Shown: positions 26,661-37,384, counted from the first letter of the stretch. The stretch: 64,000 bases of DNA from Candidatus Nanopelagicales bacterium (GCA_040266055.1 JBDQFC010000001.1:92648-156647), one strand, 5' to 3'. Numbers and translations: made by a program. The notes: generated by a model not told the origin, from the letters alone.

Positions 26661-27197
26661 ATGTCACGCATTGGCAAACTGCCGATCCCTGTTCCGTCGG
26701 GAGTCACCGCGGCGATTGAGGGTCAATCTGTCACCGTCACCGGCCCCAAGGGATCACTCAGCCTTGACGTCGCCGAGCCGATCACCGTCGCTGAAGAGGA
26801 CGGCACGCTCGTCGTGCAGCGCCCCAACGACGAAGGCCGCGCCAAGGCTCTACATGGACTGACCAGGACACTCGTGAGCAACATGGTCACAGGCGTGACC
26901 GAGGGTTACACCAAGACTCTCGAAATCGTTGGTACCGGCTATCGCGTCACGGCCAAGGGGCAAGACCTTGAGTTCGCCCTCGGCTACAGCCATTCGATCA
27001 CGGTCAAAGCCCCCGATGGGATCACGTTTGCCGTCGAAACCCCCACCAGATTCTCGGTGACCGGCATCGACAAGCAACTCGTCGGAGAGACCGCCGCGAA
27101 CATTCGCAAGCTGCGCAAGCCGGAGCCGTACAAGGGCAAGGGCGTGCGCTACGAGAACGAGGTCATCCGTCGCAAGGCCGGAAAGGCAGGCAAGTAG
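26661..27197 (+). CDS. rplF: 50S ribosomal protein L6 (uL6)
   Basis: [34 protein letters not shown] ... [21 protein letters not shown]. Confidence 0.98.
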   Translation: MSRIGKLPIPVPSGVTAAIEGQSVTVTGPKGSLSLDVAEPITVAEEDGTLVVQRPNDEGRAKALHGLTRTLVSNMVTGVTEGYTKTLEIVGTGYRVTAKGQDLEFALGYSHSITVKAPDGITFAVETPTRFSVTGIDKQLVGETAANIRKLRKPEPYKGKGVRYENEVIRRKAGKAGK

Positions 27198-27199
27198 CG

Positions 27200-27589
27200 A
27201 TGAGTACGAGTACCTACGGCGTCAAGCTGGGCTCGGGCAACAAGGTTGCCGTCGGGCGCAAGCGTCGTCACATTCGCGTCCGCAAGAAGGTCACCGGCAC
27301 CGCCGAACGGCCCCGCTTAGTGGTGACCCGGTCCGCGCGTCATATGACCGCCCAGGTCGTGGACGATGCTTCCGGCCATACCCTTGCATCGGCGTCGACG
27401 ATGGAGTCGGATCTGCGTGGCGCTGGCGATGACAAGACCGCAAAGGCTCGCAAGGTCGGCCAGTTGGTCGCTGAGCGCGCAAAGGCTGCCGGTGTTGGGG
27501 CGGTGATCTTCGATCGTGGAGGCCACCGATTCCACGGACGCGTGGCTGCCCTCGCCGAGGGTGCCCGCGAAGCTGGCCTGGACTTCTGA
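27200..27589 (+). CDS. rplR: 50S ribosomal protein L18 (uL18)
   Basis: [35 protein letters not shown] ... [24 protein letters not shown]. Confidence 0.97.
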   Translation: MSTSTYGVKLGSGNKVAVGRKRRHIRVRKKVTGTAERPRLVVTRSARHMTAQVVDDASGHTLASASTMESDLRGAGDDKTAKARKVGQLVAERAKAAGVGAVIFDRGGHRFHGRVAALAEGAREAGLDF

Positions 27590-27615
27590 GACGACCGAGA
27601 GCGAAAGAGGAAAAC

Positions 27616-28200
27616 ATGTCAGGAACCGACCGACGCGGAAGCGGCGACCGCCGCGACCGCAAGGAGCGGACGCCGCGCGAGGAGAAGTCGAACTACCTCG
27701 AGCGCGTGGTCTCTATCAATCGTGTCGCGAAGGTCGTCAAGGGTGGTCGTCGCTTCAGCTTCACCGCACTGGTGGTCGTCGGCGACGGTGACGGCATGGT
27801 GGGCGTGGGCTACGGCAAGGCCAAGGAAGTTCCCGCTGCCATCGCCAAGGGTGTCGAGGAAGCCAAGAAGCACTTCTTCCGCGTTCCTCGCATCCAAGGA
27901 ACCATCCCGCATCCGGTGACCGGTGAGGCCGCCGCTGGAGTGGTACTTCTTCGTCCGGCTGCCCCCGGTACTGGTGTTATCGCCGGAGGTCCGGTGCGTG
28001 CGGTGCTGGAGTGCGCGGGAGTCCACGACGTATTGAGCAAGTCCTTGGGATCGGACAACGCGATCAACATCGTGCACGCCACAGTGGCGGCGCTGCGCAT
28101 GCTCGAACCGCCCGAAGCCGTCGCCGCTCGTCGCGGTCTGCCGCTTGAGGATGTTGCTCCGGCCGCGATGCTTCGGGCCAAGGCAGGGGCGGGTTCCTGA
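27616..28200 (+). CDS. rpsE: 30S ribosomal protein S5 (uS5)
   Basis: [48 protein letters not shown]. Confidence 0.98.
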   Translation: MSGTDRRGSGDRRDRKERTPREEKSNYLERVVSINRVAKVVKGGRRFSFTALVVVGDGDGMVGVGYGKAKEVPAAIAKGVEEAKKHFFRVPRIQGTIPHPVTGEAAAGVVLLRPAAPGTGVIAGGPVRAVLECAGVHDVLSKSLGSDNAINIVHATVAALRMLEPPEAVAARRGLPLEDVAPAAMLRAKAGAGS

Positions 28201-28382
28201 TGGCACAGTTGAAGGTGACTCAGCGCAAGTCTGAGATCGGTGGGACCAGCAGCCAGCGCAACACGCTGCGTTCTCTCGGCCTCAAGCGAATCGGCGACGT
28301 AGTCGTCAAGGAAGACCGGCCGGAGATCCGTGGCATGGTGAATACCGTTGCCCACCTGGTCGATGTCGAGGAGGTTGACTGA
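28200..28382 (+). CDS. rpmD: 50S ribosomal protein L30 (uL30)
   Basis: [50 protein letters not shown] overlaps the rpsE stop. Confidence 0.96.
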   Translation: MAQLKVTQRKSEIGGTSSQRNTLRSLGLKRIGDVVVKEDRPEIRGMVNTVAHLVDVEEVD

Positions 28383-28383
28383 C

Positions 28384-28824
28384 ATGGCACTTAAGGTCCA
28401 TCACCTGCGCCCAGCACCAGGAGCGCACACCGCCAAGACCCGAAAAGGCCGAGGTGAGGCGTCCAAGGGCAAAACCGCGGGTCGAGGCACGAAGGGCACG
28501 AAGGCGCGCAACACCGTGCCGGCGTCCTTCGAAGGCGGACAGATGCCGTTGCATATGCGTCTGCCCAAGCTCAAGGGCTTCAAGAACCCCAACAAGGTCG
28601 ACTTCCAGGTCGTGAACGTCGCGACCCTGAACAAGTTGTTCCCCAAGGGCGGAGAGGTTGCGGTGAGCGACCTCGTGGCCAAGGGAGCGGTGCGATCGGG
28701 TCAGCCGGTCAAGGTTCTTGGTCAAGGGGAGATCTCGGTCGCCGTTTCGATCAGCGCAGACAAGTTCTCCGCGAGTGCACGTGACAAGATCGAGGCTGCT
28801 GGCGGTTCGGTCACCGAACTGTAG
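28384..28824 (+). CDS. rplO: 50S ribosomal protein L15 (uL15)
   Basis: Internal ATG at 28384 gives [38 protein letters not shown]. The track start at 28348 overlaps rpmD. Confidence 0.95.
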   Translation: MALKVHHLRPAPGAHTAKTRKGRGEASKGKTAGRGTKGTKARNTVPASFEGGQMPLHMRLPKLKGFKNPNKVDFQVVNVATLNKLFPKGGEVAVSDLVAKGAVRSGQPVKVLGQGEISVAVSISADKFSASARDKIEAAGGSVTEL

Positions 28825-28920
28825 GTAGCGTGGGGCCCCTCGGTCACCGATCGGGCGGGCCCAAAGCGCACCACCCGGCAAGCACATCCGCGAAGGCGTC
28901 CGAGAGGAGGGGAGGACCTA

Positions 28921-30219
28921 GTGCACATCAGTGCGTTTGGGGCTGCCCTTCGTACCCCGGATCTCCGCAAGAAGATCCTGTTCACCCTCGGCCTGCTGGG
29001 TCTGTACCGATTGGGAGCAGTACTCCCGACCCCTGGCGTGGACTACGCAGCTATCCAGCGCTGTATCGACGTTGTCCAGGACAACTCGGTGTACGCGCTT
29101 ATCAACCTATTCAGCGGTGGCGCGCTGCTTCAACTGAGCGTTTTTGCGCTCGGAATCATGCCGTACATCACCGCCAGCATCATCCTGCAGCTGCTGACCG
29201 TGGTGATCCCGCGGCTGGAAACATTGAAGAAGGATGGCCAGTCCGGCCAGGCGAAGATCACGCAGTACACGCGGTACGTCACGATCGGTCTTGCCGTGCT
29301 TCAGTCCACCGCGATCTTGTCTCTGGCGCGTACACCAGGGGCGCTGTTCAGTGGATGCAACGAGACGATCATCCCCAACCAGGGAATCTGGGTCATCTTG
29401 GTGATGGTCATCGTCATGACGGCCGGTACTGCGGTGGTCATGTGGTTCGGTGAACTAATCACCGAACGTGGTGTTGGAAACGGGATGTCCGTCCTTATCT
29501 TCACCGCGATCATCGCGACCATCCCGGCGCAGTTTGCTGGAATCCTCGGCAGCCGTGGCGCGTTCACCTTCACCGTCACGGTACTGGTGGGTCTCGCGGT
29601 CATCGCGTTCGTGGTGTTCGTGGAGCAGGCGCAACGCCGAATCCCCGTGCAGTACGCCAAGCGCATGGTGGGTCGTCGGATGTACGGCGGAACATCTACC
29701 TACATCCCGCTCAAGGTCAACATGGCGGGCGTCATCCCGGTCATCTTTGCCTCGTCGCTTCTGTTCTTGCCAACGCTCTTCGTCCAACTGACGGGAAGTC
29801 AGTCGGCCTGGGCGCAGTGGGTTCAGCAGAATTACGGTACGGGCACGGGGACTTGGTACCTCTTGACCTACTTCCTGCTCGTCATATTCTTCTGCTACTT
29901 CTACGTGTCCATCACGTTCAATCCGACTGACGTCGCGGACAACATGAAGAAGTACGGCGGCTTCATTCCAGGCATTCGCGCGGGCAAGCCCACTGCCGAC
30001 TACCTCGACTACGTCCTCACCCGCCTGACCGCGCCCGGGTCCCTCTACCTCGGCTTGATCGCGGTATTGCCGGTGTTCGCCTTCGGTGGTCTGGGAGTCG
30101 CCGGCGACTTCATCTTCGGTGGCACCAGCCTGCTGATCATGGTTGGCGTCGGCCTCGACACCGTAAAGCAGATCGAATCCCAATTGCAGCAGCGCAATTA
30201 CGAAGGTTTCCTGGGCTAG
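28921..30219 (+). CDS. secY: Preprotein translocase subunit SecY
   Basis: 432 aa, GTG start after GAGGAGGGGAGG. RTPDLRKKILFTLGLLGLYRLG, GIMPYITASIILQLL, ten hydrophobic segments. Confidence 0.97.
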   Translation: MHISAFGAALRTPDLRKKILFTLGLLGLYRLGAVLPTPGVDYAAIQRCIDVVQDNSVYALINLFSGGALLQLSVFALGIMPYITASIILQLLTVVIPRLETLKKDGQSGQAKITQYTRYVTIGLAVLQSTAILSLARTPGALFSGCNETIIPNQGIWVILVMVIVMTAGTAVVMWFGELITERGVGNGMSVLIFTAIIATIPAQFAGILGSRGAFTFTVTVLVGLAVIAFVVFVEQAQRRIPVQYAKRMVGRRMYGGTSTYIPLKVNMAGVIPVIFASSLLFLPTLFVQLTGSQSAWAQWVQQNYGTGTGTWYLLTYFLLVIFFCYFYVSITFNPTDVADNMKKYGGFIPGIRAGKPTADYLDYVLTRLTAPGSLYLGLIAVLPVFAFGGLGVAGDFIFGGTSLLIMVGVGLDTVKQIESQLQQRNYEGFLG

Positions 30220-30227
30220 GGGTCGGC

Positions 30228-30794
30228 ATGCGCGTTGTATTCATGGGTCCCCCTGGGGCCGGCAAGGGCACGCAAGCCGGGCTTCTTGCCGCACGACTGG
30301 GTATTCCGCACATCTCAACCGGAGACATATTTCGGGCAAACGTGGCTGAGGGCACCGAGTTGGGTAAGCAGGCTCAGCAGTACATGGACGCAGGGGAGTA
30401 CGTTCCCGATTCGGTCACCAACGCCATGGTTCGTGATCGTTTGACACATGACGACTGCCGGCCAGGTTTCCTCCTCGACGGCTACCCCCGGACGGTCGAG
30501 CAGGTCGCTGAACTTGATGCCATGCTCCGGTCCGCTAGCCAGCCCCTTGACGTCGTGGTGGAGCTCACCGTCGATGTTGATGAGGTCGTGGGTCGCCTTG
30601 TGAAGCGAGCCCAAGAGCAGGGCCGTACTGACGACACCGAAGACGTTATCCGACGCCGCCTTGAGGTGTACGCGGAGCAAACGGCACCGCTCATCGACAC
30701 CTATCTCGATCGCGGGATTCTGGTGAAGGTTGACGGTATGGGCCTGATCGACGAGGTCAGTGAGCGCCTACTCACCGTCGTAGTCGTCGAATAG
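30228..30794 (+). CDS. adk: Adenylate kinase
   Basis: MRVVFMGPPGAGKGTQA ... HISTGDIFR ... GFLLDGYPRT. Confidence 0.97.
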   Translation: MRVVFMGPPGAGKGTQAGLLAARLGIPHISTGDIFRANVAEGTELGKQAQQYMDAGEYVPDSVTNAMVRDRLTHDDCRPGFLLDGYPRTVEQVAELDAMLRSASQPLDVVVELTVDVDEVVGRLVKRAQEQGRTDDTEDVIRRRLEVYAEQTAPLIDTYLDRGILVKVDGMGLIDEVSERLLTVVVVE

Positions 30795-30809
30795 TGGTCG
30801 GCACGGCAC

Positions 30810-31592
30810 ATGTTCGGTAAGACCAAGCCGATCGAGATCAAATCGATCGATGAACTCGCACTCATGCGCGAGGCCGGGCTTGTGGTGGCACGAACGCTGG
30901 AGAAGATCCGCGACGAGATTACCGCGGGTATGACCACCGCAGATCTGGATGCCATCGCCCGGGACAGCATTGCCGGCCACGGTGCGACATCGTCATTTCT
31001 CGGCTACTACGGCTTTCCCGCCGTTATCTGCACTTCGGTGAACGAAGAGGTCGTCCACGGTATTCCGGGCAAGCGCGTCATCGGTTCCTCGGACATCGTC
31101 TCCGTCGACTGCGGCGCGATCATCGAAGGCTGGCATGGTGACGCCGCCATCTCCATCGTGATGCCGGACGCGCAAGCGTCGGTTCACGCTCTTTCCGAAG
31201 CAACTCAGTCATCGATGTGGGCCGGTCTTACTCAGGCACGAGTCGGACACCACCTCTCCGACATCGGTCATGCCGTTGAGACGTGTATCCGTGATGCCGG
31301 TCCGTACGGAATCGTCGAGGAGTACGTGGGTCATGGCATCGGCTCCGAAATGCACATGCACCCGCCGGTTCCCAACTATGGCAAGCCTGGACGCGGTCCA
31401 CGTCTGGAGGCCGGCATGGCTCTCGCGATCGAACCGATGGCCACGATGGGGACTGCGAACGTCGAAGTGCTCGACGATCAATGGACCGTCGTGACGTCCG
31501 ATGGCAAATGTGCCGCGCATTGGGAGCACTCGGTAGCGATTACCGACGACGGTCCGTGGGTCCTAACCTCGATTGAGGGCACGCGTCTGTAG
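30810..31592 (+). CDS. map: Type I methionine aminopeptidase
   Basis: 260 aa. VCTSVNEEVVHGIP, VDCGAIIEGWHGD, GHGIGSEMH, EPM, WEHSVAIT metal-ligand pattern. Confidence 0.96.
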   Translation: MFGKTKPIEIKSIDELALMREAGLVVARTLEKIRDEITAGMTTADLDAIARDSIAGHGATSSFLGYYGFPAVICTSVNEEVVHGIPGKRVIGSSDIVSVDCGAIIEGWHGDAAISIVMPDAQASVHALSEATQSSMWAGLTQARVGHHLSDIGHAVETCIRDAGPYGIVEEYVGHGIGSEMHMHPPVPNYGKPGRGPRLEAGMALAIEPMATMGTANVEVLDDQWTVVTSDGKCAAHWEHSVAITDDGPWVLTSIEGTRL

Positions 31593-31602
31593 CCTGTTGG
31601 CG

Positions 31603-32502
31603 ATGCCAGAAGCACGACCTATCTTTAGCGGCGGCACTGGCAGGAGTGGCACCACCGTCGTTGCAAAACTCCTTCGCTGCCATCCCGATGTACGCGCGAG
31701 CCGGCCTCTCGAAGTCAGGTGTATCACTGATTCGGCTGGGTTGTTAGACGTTTGTCTGGGGCCCGGAATCCAAGCACCATGGGAAGTGAAAGCGCTGGGT
31801 TTAGTTCCAGGGGGACTGGACCGGCAATTCCGCAAGCGGATGCGCACGCGGTGGTGGAAGCGGGTCAACCGTCTCGGACACGTGAGTGGATTGCATCGGG
31901 GCATGACGGTCGAACAGCGAGACGCCATGGTGTGTCGACTCCTATCGAATGTGCGACATTCCCCCAAAGACGCGGGCCGGACCTTCTTGACCGACCTCAT
32001 GGCTGCGCAAGGTGTTACTTCTCAGCGATATTGGGTGGATACTTCCCCGCCGAATGCCGTTCATGCGGACCGAATTTTCGGCCTAGCTCCCGATGCGCTC
32101 TTTGTGCACATGGTCCGAGATGGTCGAGACACGGCTGCGTCAGTGATGAATGAGACGTGGGGTCCGGTCGAAGCGGAAGCAGCGATTTTCTGGTGGGAGG
32201 ATCGGATGCGCCGGGCTCACCAGGCGTTGTCGCAAGTCCCCGAAGATCATGTCATCACTGTGTCCTTGGAGGACCTGGTGGTGGGCGATAGGCAGTCAAC
32301 GTATGAATCGCTGCTTGCCTTCCTCGGCCTGCCCGATCGGCCACGGATCCGGCGTTTCTTTGAGCAGGACATGCCTGCGGACCGAGTGCGGATCGGATCA
32401 TGGTCCGAGCGGGTTCGAGACCCCGAGCGACTTAATTCGGCCTATCAGCAAGCGCGCCAGCGCCTGGTCCAGGAGGGGATTGAGGTCTTCGAAAGGTCGT
32501 AG
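31603..32502 (+). CDS. Sulfotransferase-family protein (PAPS-binding motifs), substrate unknown
   Basis: ATG at 31603, 11 nt after the map stop (the track start at 31573 overlaps map). 5'-PSB-like loop FSGGTGRSGTT and 3'-PB-like VHMVRDGRDTAAS. Confidence 0.65.
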   Translation: MPEARPIFSGGTGRSGTTVVAKLLRCHPDVRASRPLEVRCITDSAGLLDVCLGPGIQAPWEVKALGLVPGGLDRQFRKRMRTRWWKRVNRLGHVSGLHRGMTVEQRDAMVCRLLSNVRHSPKDAGRTFLTDLMAAQGVTSQRYWVDTSPPNAVHADRIFGLAPDALFVHMVRDGRDTAASVMNETWGPVEAEAAIFWWEDRMRRAHQALSQVPEDHVITVSLEDLVVGDRQSTYESLLAFLGLPDRPRIRRFFEQDMPADRVRIGSWSERVRDPERLNSAYQQARQRLVQEGIEVFERS

Positions 32503-32670
32503 TGGCCCCCGGTGGTGGCAGCAACGGGTGTGGGCGTAGACTTTCGGGGCTGAGATCGGGCTTCCCCGTCCATCTTCGAGAATTTGCCGTGGAAACGGCT
32601 GTCTTGTGGTGTGCGAGGACACGGTGTCGGTGGACCGGAGCCTCCGGTCCGCACAAACGAAGGGTTCCAG

Positions 32671-32892
32671 ATGGGTAAGAAGGACGGCGCGATCGAGCTC
32701 GAAGGCACGATCACCGAGTCCCTACCTAACGCGATGTTTCGCGTGGAGCTCGACAACGGGCACGAAGTGCTCGCTCACATCAGTGGAAAGATGCGGATGC
32801 ACTACATCCGGATCCTTCCAGACGATCGCGTCGTCGTGGAGTTGTCACCCTACGACCTCACCCGCGGCCGCATCGTCTACCGCTACAAGTAA
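32671..32892 (+). CDS. infA: Translation initiation factor IF-1
   Basis: Internal ATG at 32671 gives [73 protein letters not shown] (73 aa, canonical IF-1). Confidence 0.97.
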   Translation: MGKKDGAIELEGTITESLPNAMFRVELDNGHEVLAHISGKMRMHYIRILPDDRVVVELSPYDLTRGRIVYRYK

Positions 32893-32930
32893 CAGACGCC
32901 ACAAGCGTCGCGAGTGAACGGATAACGCAC

Positions 32931-33044
32931 ATGAAGGTGCAACCGAGCGTCAAGAAGATCTGCGACAACTGCAGGCTGATTCGTCGCCACGGACGCGTCA
33001 TGGTGATCTGCTCCAACCCGCGTCACAAGCAGCGTCAGGGCTAG
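32931..33044 (+). CDS. rpmJ: 50S ribosomal protein L36 (bL36), zinc-binding form
   Basis: Not in the ORF track (37 aa). Hand translation: [37 protein letters not shown]. CxxC...C...H motif. Canonical position after infA. Confidence 0.95.
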   Translation: MKVQPSVKKICDNCRLIRRHGRVMVICSNPRHKQRQG

Positions 33045-33220
33045 TAACGGGTGTAGCGGGAGAGACAACCTGCACACCTTTTCATAAGGGAGTTCCCGAC
33101 CCCTGGTTCGTTTTTTGAGTCAGGACGACACCTTCGGCCACGGGGCCGAAGACCGGTCTAGGCGGACCGGATCGGATTCCCTCGGCAAACCCCGTGAACG
33201 ATTACAGATAGGACCGCCCC

Positions 33221-33592
33221 ATGGCACGTTTGATCGGTGTCGATCTGCCGCGCGAGAAGCGCATGGCGATCGCACTCACCTACATCTACGGCGTCGGCCG
33301 TTCGCAGGCCGCGAAGGCCCTCGAGGCGACCGGCATTGATCCCAACATGAAGTCCAAGGATCTGACCGACGACCAAACGTTGGCGCTACGCGATTGGATA
33401 GAGGCCAACCTCAAGGTCGAAGGCGATCTTCGCCGTGAGGTCGCAGCCGACATTCGCCGCAAGGTTGAGATCGGGTGCTACCAGGGTCTGCGTCACCGCA
33501 AGGGCCTGCCTGTTCGAGGGCAGCGCACCCACACCAACGCACGGACTCGCAAGGGCCCGCGCAAGACCGTCGCTGGCAAGAAGAAGGCCTAG
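33221..33592 (+). CDS. rpsM: 30S ribosomal protein S13 (uS13)
   Basis: [39 protein letters not shown]. Confidence 0.98.
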   Translation: MARLIGVDLPREKRMAIALTYIYGVGRSQAAKALEATGIDPNMKSKDLTDDQTLALRDWIEANLKVEGDLRREVAADIRRKVEIGCYQGLRHRKGLPVRGQRTHTNARTRKGPRKTVAGKKKA

Positions 33593-33653
33593 TCCCGTCC
33601 TGCGGACAGCCCCCGATCAATCGACCACGGAACGTAGAAGGAAGTAGGCACAG

Positions 33654-34052
33654 ATGCCCCCCAAGTCTGCCGGCGCCAAGAAGGTGCGCCGCAAGGAAAA
33701 GAAGAATGTGGCCCACGGCCACGCTCATATCAAGAGCACGTTCAACAACACGATCGTGTCCATCACCGATCCCACAGGTGCGGTGATCTCCTGGGCTTCG
33801 GCCGGACAGGTCGGCTTCAAAGGAAGCCGGAAGTCCACGCCGTTCGCTGCGCAACTCGCTGCTGAGGCTGCTGCCCGCCGAGCCATGGAGCACGGCATGC
33901 GCAAGGTTGACGTGTTCGTCAAGGGTCCCGGCTCCGGCCGTGAGACCGCGATCCGCTCGCTTCAGGCGACCGGGCTCGAGGTCGGTTCGATTTCCGACGT
34001 CACCCCCGTGCCACACAACGGCACCCGTCCCCCCAAGCGTCGTCGCGTCTGA
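33654..34052 (+). CDS. rpsK: 30S ribosomal protein S11 (uS11)
   Basis: [46 protein letters not shown]. Confidence 0.98.
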   Translation: MPPKSAGAKKVRRKEKKNVAHGHAHIKSTFNNTIVSITDPTGAVISWASAGQVGFKGSRKSTPFAAQLAAEAAARRAMEHGMRKVDVFVKGPGSGRETAIRSLQATGLEVGSISDVTPVPHNGTRPPKRRRV

Positions 34053-34083
34053 TCGCGCGCAGGAATAAGGAGAACTCAGAACT

Positions 34084-34710
34084 ATGGCGCGTTACACCGA
34101 CGCAGACTGCAAGCGTTGTCGCCGGGAGAAGATGAAGCTGTTCCTAAAGGGCAGCAAGTGCGACTCACCGAAGTGTCCATTCGAGAAGCGTCCCTACCCT
34201 CCGGGCCAGCACGGCCGTGGACGCTCAAAGGAGAGCGAGTACTTGCTGCAGCTTCGCGAGAAGCAAAAGGCTGTTCGGATTTACGGTGTCCTCGAAAAGC
34301 AGTTCAGCAACTACTACGTTGAGGCCAACCGCCAGTCAGGCAAGACCGGCGACAACCTCCTGCGCATCTTGGAATCGCGTTTGGACAATGTGGTCTTCCG
34401 TGCTGGATTCGCAAAGTCCCGAGATATGGCCCGTCAGTTGGTCAACCACGGACACTTCCTGGTCAACGGGCACAAGGTCGACATCCCGTCGTACCGCGTG
34501 TCACCCAACGACATCATTGAGGTGAGGCCGTCGTCGAGGGAGATGACGCCTTTCGTCGTTGCCCATGCCGAGGTTGGCGAGCGGACAGTGCCCGCGTGGC
34601 TCGAGGTTGTTCCCTCGAAGATGCGCATCATCGTCCACTCCCTCCCCGAGCGCGAGGTCATCGATACCCCTGTCCAAGAGCAACTCATCGTCGAGCTCTA
34701 CTCCAAGTAA
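34084..34710 (+). CDS. rpsD: 30S ribosomal protein S4 (uS4)
   Basis: [26 protein letters not shown] ... [22 protein letters not shown] ... [18 protein letters not shown]. Confidence 0.98.
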   Translation: MARYTDADCKRCRREKMKLFLKGSKCDSPKCPFEKRPYPPGQHGRGRSKESEYLLQLREKQKAVRIYGVLEKQFSNYYVEANRQSGKTGDNLLRILESRLDNVVFRAGFAKSRDMARQLVNHGHFLVNGHKVDIPSYRVSPNDIIEVRPSSREMTPFVVAHAEVGERTVPAWLEVVPSKMRIIVHSLPEREVIDTPVQEQLIVELYSK

Positions 34711-34793
34711 GCACCATCCGGTCTGGCCGCGGACCGGAGGATCGTCAAGCACGCGACGTCATATAGCGGTCGTCGCGGGAAGGAAAAGACACA

Positions 34794-35849
34794 GTGCTCA
34801 TCAGTCAACGCCCCATCCTTACCGAAGAGCCAATCAGCGAGTATCGCTCGCGTTTCATTCTGGAGCCTCTCGAGCCAGGATTCGGTTACACCCTCGGCAA
34901 CTCGATGCGTCGTACGTTGCTGTCGTCCATCCCCGGTGCTGCCGTTACGAGCATCCGGGTCGATGGTGTTCTGCACGAGTTCAGCACCATCGAAGGTGTG
35001 ACCGAGGACGTCACCGAGGTCATCTTGAATCTCAAGCAGCTCGTTGTGTCGTCCGAGCACGACGAGCCAGTCGTGATGTACCTGCGCAAGCAGGGCCCCG
35101 GTGCTGTTACCGCTGCGGACATTCAGCCCCCAGCAGGCGTCGAGGTGCACAACCCTGACCTTCATATCGCCACGCTCAACGCTAAAGGCAAGCTGGAGAT
35201 CGAACTCGTCGTGGAGCGCGGCCGTGGATATGTCCCGGCGACCATGAATAAGCAGCCGGGTCAAGAAATCGGCCGCATCCCGGTGGACTCCATCTACTCA
35301 CCGGTCATGAAGGTCAGCTACAAAGTCGAGGCCACTCGTGTCGAGCAGCGCACCGACTTCGACAAGCTCGTCCTCGACGTCGAAACCAAGTCCAGCATCC
35401 GTCCCCGGGACGCTGTCGCCTCGGCAGGACACACGCTGGTCGAGCTCTTCGGTCTAGCCCGCGAGCTGAACGTCGACGCTGAGGGCATCGACATTGGTCC
35501 GTCGCCGACCGACGCCTTCGTTGCCGAGCAGTTGGGTACTCCCATCGAGCAACTGGACATGACGGTTCGCTCCTACAACTGTCTCAAGCGCGAAGGCATC
35601 CACACTGTCGGTGAGCTCATCACCCGCAGCGAGGCGGATCTCCTGGACATCCGGAACTTCGGTCAGAAGTCCATCGACGAAGTCAAGGTCAAGCTGGCTG
35701 GTCTCGGACTCGCTCTCAAGGACAGCCCCCCGGGATTCGATCCCGGTGCGGCGGTTTACTTCGCCGATGGTGAGGGTGACGACGACTACGACACCTTCGA
35801 TTCAGGCGAGGGCGATGATTCCGCATTCGCTGAGGACGAGCAGCTCTAG
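34794..35849 (+). CDS. rpoA: DNA-directed RNA polymerase subunit alpha
   Basis: 351 aa, GTG start. [52 protein letters not shown] has [22 protein letters not shown]. Acidic C-terminus. Confidence 0.97.
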   Translation: MLISQRPILTEEPISEYRSRFILEPLEPGFGYTLGNSMRRTLLSSIPGAAVTSIRVDGVLHEFSTIEGVTEDVTEVILNLKQLVVSSEHDEPVVMYLRKQGPGAVTAADIQPPAGVEVHNPDLHIATLNAKGKLEIELVVERGRGYVPATMNKQPGQEIGRIPVDSIYSPVMKVSYKVEATRVEQRTDFDKLVLDVETKSSIRPRDAVASAGHTLVELFGLARELNVDAEGIDIGPSPTDAFVAEQLGTPIEQLDMTVRSYNCLKREGIHTVGELITRSEADLLDIRNFGQKSIDEVKVKLAGLGLALKDSPPGFDPGAAVYFADGEGDDDYDTFDSGEGDDSAFAEDEQL

Positions 35850-35900
35850 CGCAGCTGGTTCGAGAAACCATCTGCTAGGAAAGCAACAAGGAGACACATA

Positions 35901-36512
35901 ATGCCTACGCCTACCAAGGGTCCCCGTCTCGGCGGTGGTCCGGCGCACGAGCGGCTGATGCTGGCCAATCTCGCCACGGCCCTCTTCGAGCACGGCAAGA
36001 TCACCACCACGGAGGCCAAGGCCAAGCGCCTGCGTCCGTTGGCCGAGCGGCTCATCACCTTCGCCAAGCGCGGTGACCTGGCTGCTCGACGCAAGGTGAT
36101 GACAGTCATCCGCGACAAGTCCGTGGTGCACACTCTGTTCACCGAGATCGGTCCGCAGTACTCGGGCCGCCCGGGTGGTTACACGCGCATCACCAAGATC
36201 GGTCCACGTAAGGGTGACAACGCACCCATGGCCGTGATCGAGCTGGTCGAGCCCATGCTCGAGCAGGTCGTTGCCGAGGCGACCGGTGCTACCAAGCGGG
36301 CCGCCAAGGAGCGCGACGAGGAGCAGGCAGCCGCAGTTGTGGCTACCGACGCGGCGGTTGCTGAGGCGATTGAAGAAGCAGTGGCCGAGGAAACTGTCGA
36401 CGACGCAACCGAAGAACCAGCCGCGGGCGAGGTAACAGACGCCATCGTCGAAGATGCTGTGGAAGAGGTTGCAGCCGAAGAGACAGCCGAAGAGGGTGCT
36501 GACGAAAAGTAG
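35901..36512 (+). CDS. rplQ: 50S ribosomal protein L17 (bL17) with ~80-aa acidic Ala/Glu/Val-rich C-terminal tail
   Basis: [53 protein letters not shown] ... [25 protein letters not shown], then the acidic tail. Confidence 0.96.
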   Translation: MPTPTKGPRLGGGPAHERLMLANLATALFEHGKITTTEAKAKRLRPLAERLITFAKRGDLAARRKVMTVIRDKSVVHTLFTEIGPQYSGRPGGYTRITKIGPRKGDNAPMAVIELVEPMLEQVVAEATGATKRAAKERDEEQAAAVVATDAAVAEAIEEAVAEETVDDATEEPAAGEVTDAIVEDAVEEVAAEETAEEGADEK

Positions 36513-36553
36513 CCATCTGCGGCACTTCTTCGTGGAGAATTCCAGGAGTACGA

Positions 36554-37384
36554 GTGGTCGATTCCCCTAGTGGAACGACCACTCGTTTCCGTTTGTGGGT
36601 CTCCTACGACGGCAGTGAGTTCCACGGATGGGCCCAGCAACGGGATCTACGTACCGTCGAGGGCGAGTTGAGTCGGGTACTCGGACACCTCACGGGTGGG
36701 TCTGTGGAACTGACCTGTGCCGGCCGTACCGATGCGGGAGTACACGCGCGTGGCCAAGTGGCTCACTTTGATGCGTCGGCCGGTGCTGACCTAAGCATTA
36801 AACGGATAAACCGAGCGCTACCCGCTGATATCCGAGTAAGAGATCTGGGCACCGTTTCGATAGATTTCGATGCGCGCTTCTCAGCACTATGGCGTCGTTA
36901 TTCCTACACGGTCAGCGACGACGAGCGTGGCCCCGATCCGTTGATGCGTCGCTATCAGTTGGCGATAAATTCTGTACTCGACCTTGACGCGATGAACACC
37001 GCTGCGGCGGACTTGATCGGTGAACACGACTTCACCAGTTTCTGCAAACTGAAGGAGCATGGTTCGACCATCCGCGAGATCCTCGACCTTCAATGGGAAC
37101 GCCAGATTGATCCCGTCAGCGAGTTGTGCGTGGCCGTCATGCACGTCACGGCAGACGCCTTTTGTCACTCCATGGTGCGCAGCCTCGCTGGTGCCTTTAT
37201 CTCGGTCGGACAAGGTAAGCGGCCAGTCCACTACCCACGCGAGGCGTTGGAGAAGCGGGCGCGCGACGCGGGAGTGACCGTAATGCCAGCGCACCCCCTG
37301 GTTCTTGAAGAAGTCGGCTACCCACCCGAGGGTGAATGGGGTCAGCGGCAACTGCAGACTCGAACGTTTCGCTCGATGGATTAG
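36554..37384 (+). CDS. truA: tRNA pseudouridine(38-40) synthase TruA
   Basis: FRLWVSYDGSEFHGWAQQ ... CAGRTDAGVHARGQVAHFD (catalytic Asp motif). Usual position after rplQ. Confidence 0.93.
   Translation: MVDSPSGTTTRFRLWVSYDGSEFHGWAQQRDLRTVEGELSRVLGHLTGGSVELTCAGRTDAGVHARGQVAHFDASAGADLSIKRINRALPADIRVRDLGTVSIDFDARFSALWRRYSYTVSDDERGPDPLMRRYQLAINSVLDLDAMNTAAADLIGEHDFTSFCKLKEHGSTIREILDLQWERQIDPVSELCVAVMHVTADAFCHSMVRSLAGAFISVGQGKRPVHYPREALEKRARDAGVTVMPAHPLVLEEVGYPPEGEWGQRQLQTRTFRSMD

Noticed and set aside
28830-29453. 207-aa ORF in an alternative frame overlapping the start of secY; also 33115..33339 overlapping rpsM, 52097..52297 across the groES-groEL spacer, and 53867..54499 overlapping whiB
   Set aside because: They are out-of-frame overlaps with strongly supported genes. 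Their Arg/Pro/Gly-rich composition is typical of off-frame translation of GC-rich DNA. They have no RBS or conservation signal.
31744-31803. TTA Leu codons as proof that the sulfotransferase is horizontally acquired or bldA-regulated
   Set aside because: TTA is not unique to that gene: alr has an in-frame TTA at 44560. The codon alone is therefore weak evidence in this roughly 60-65% GC genome, and it is kept only as a supporting remark.
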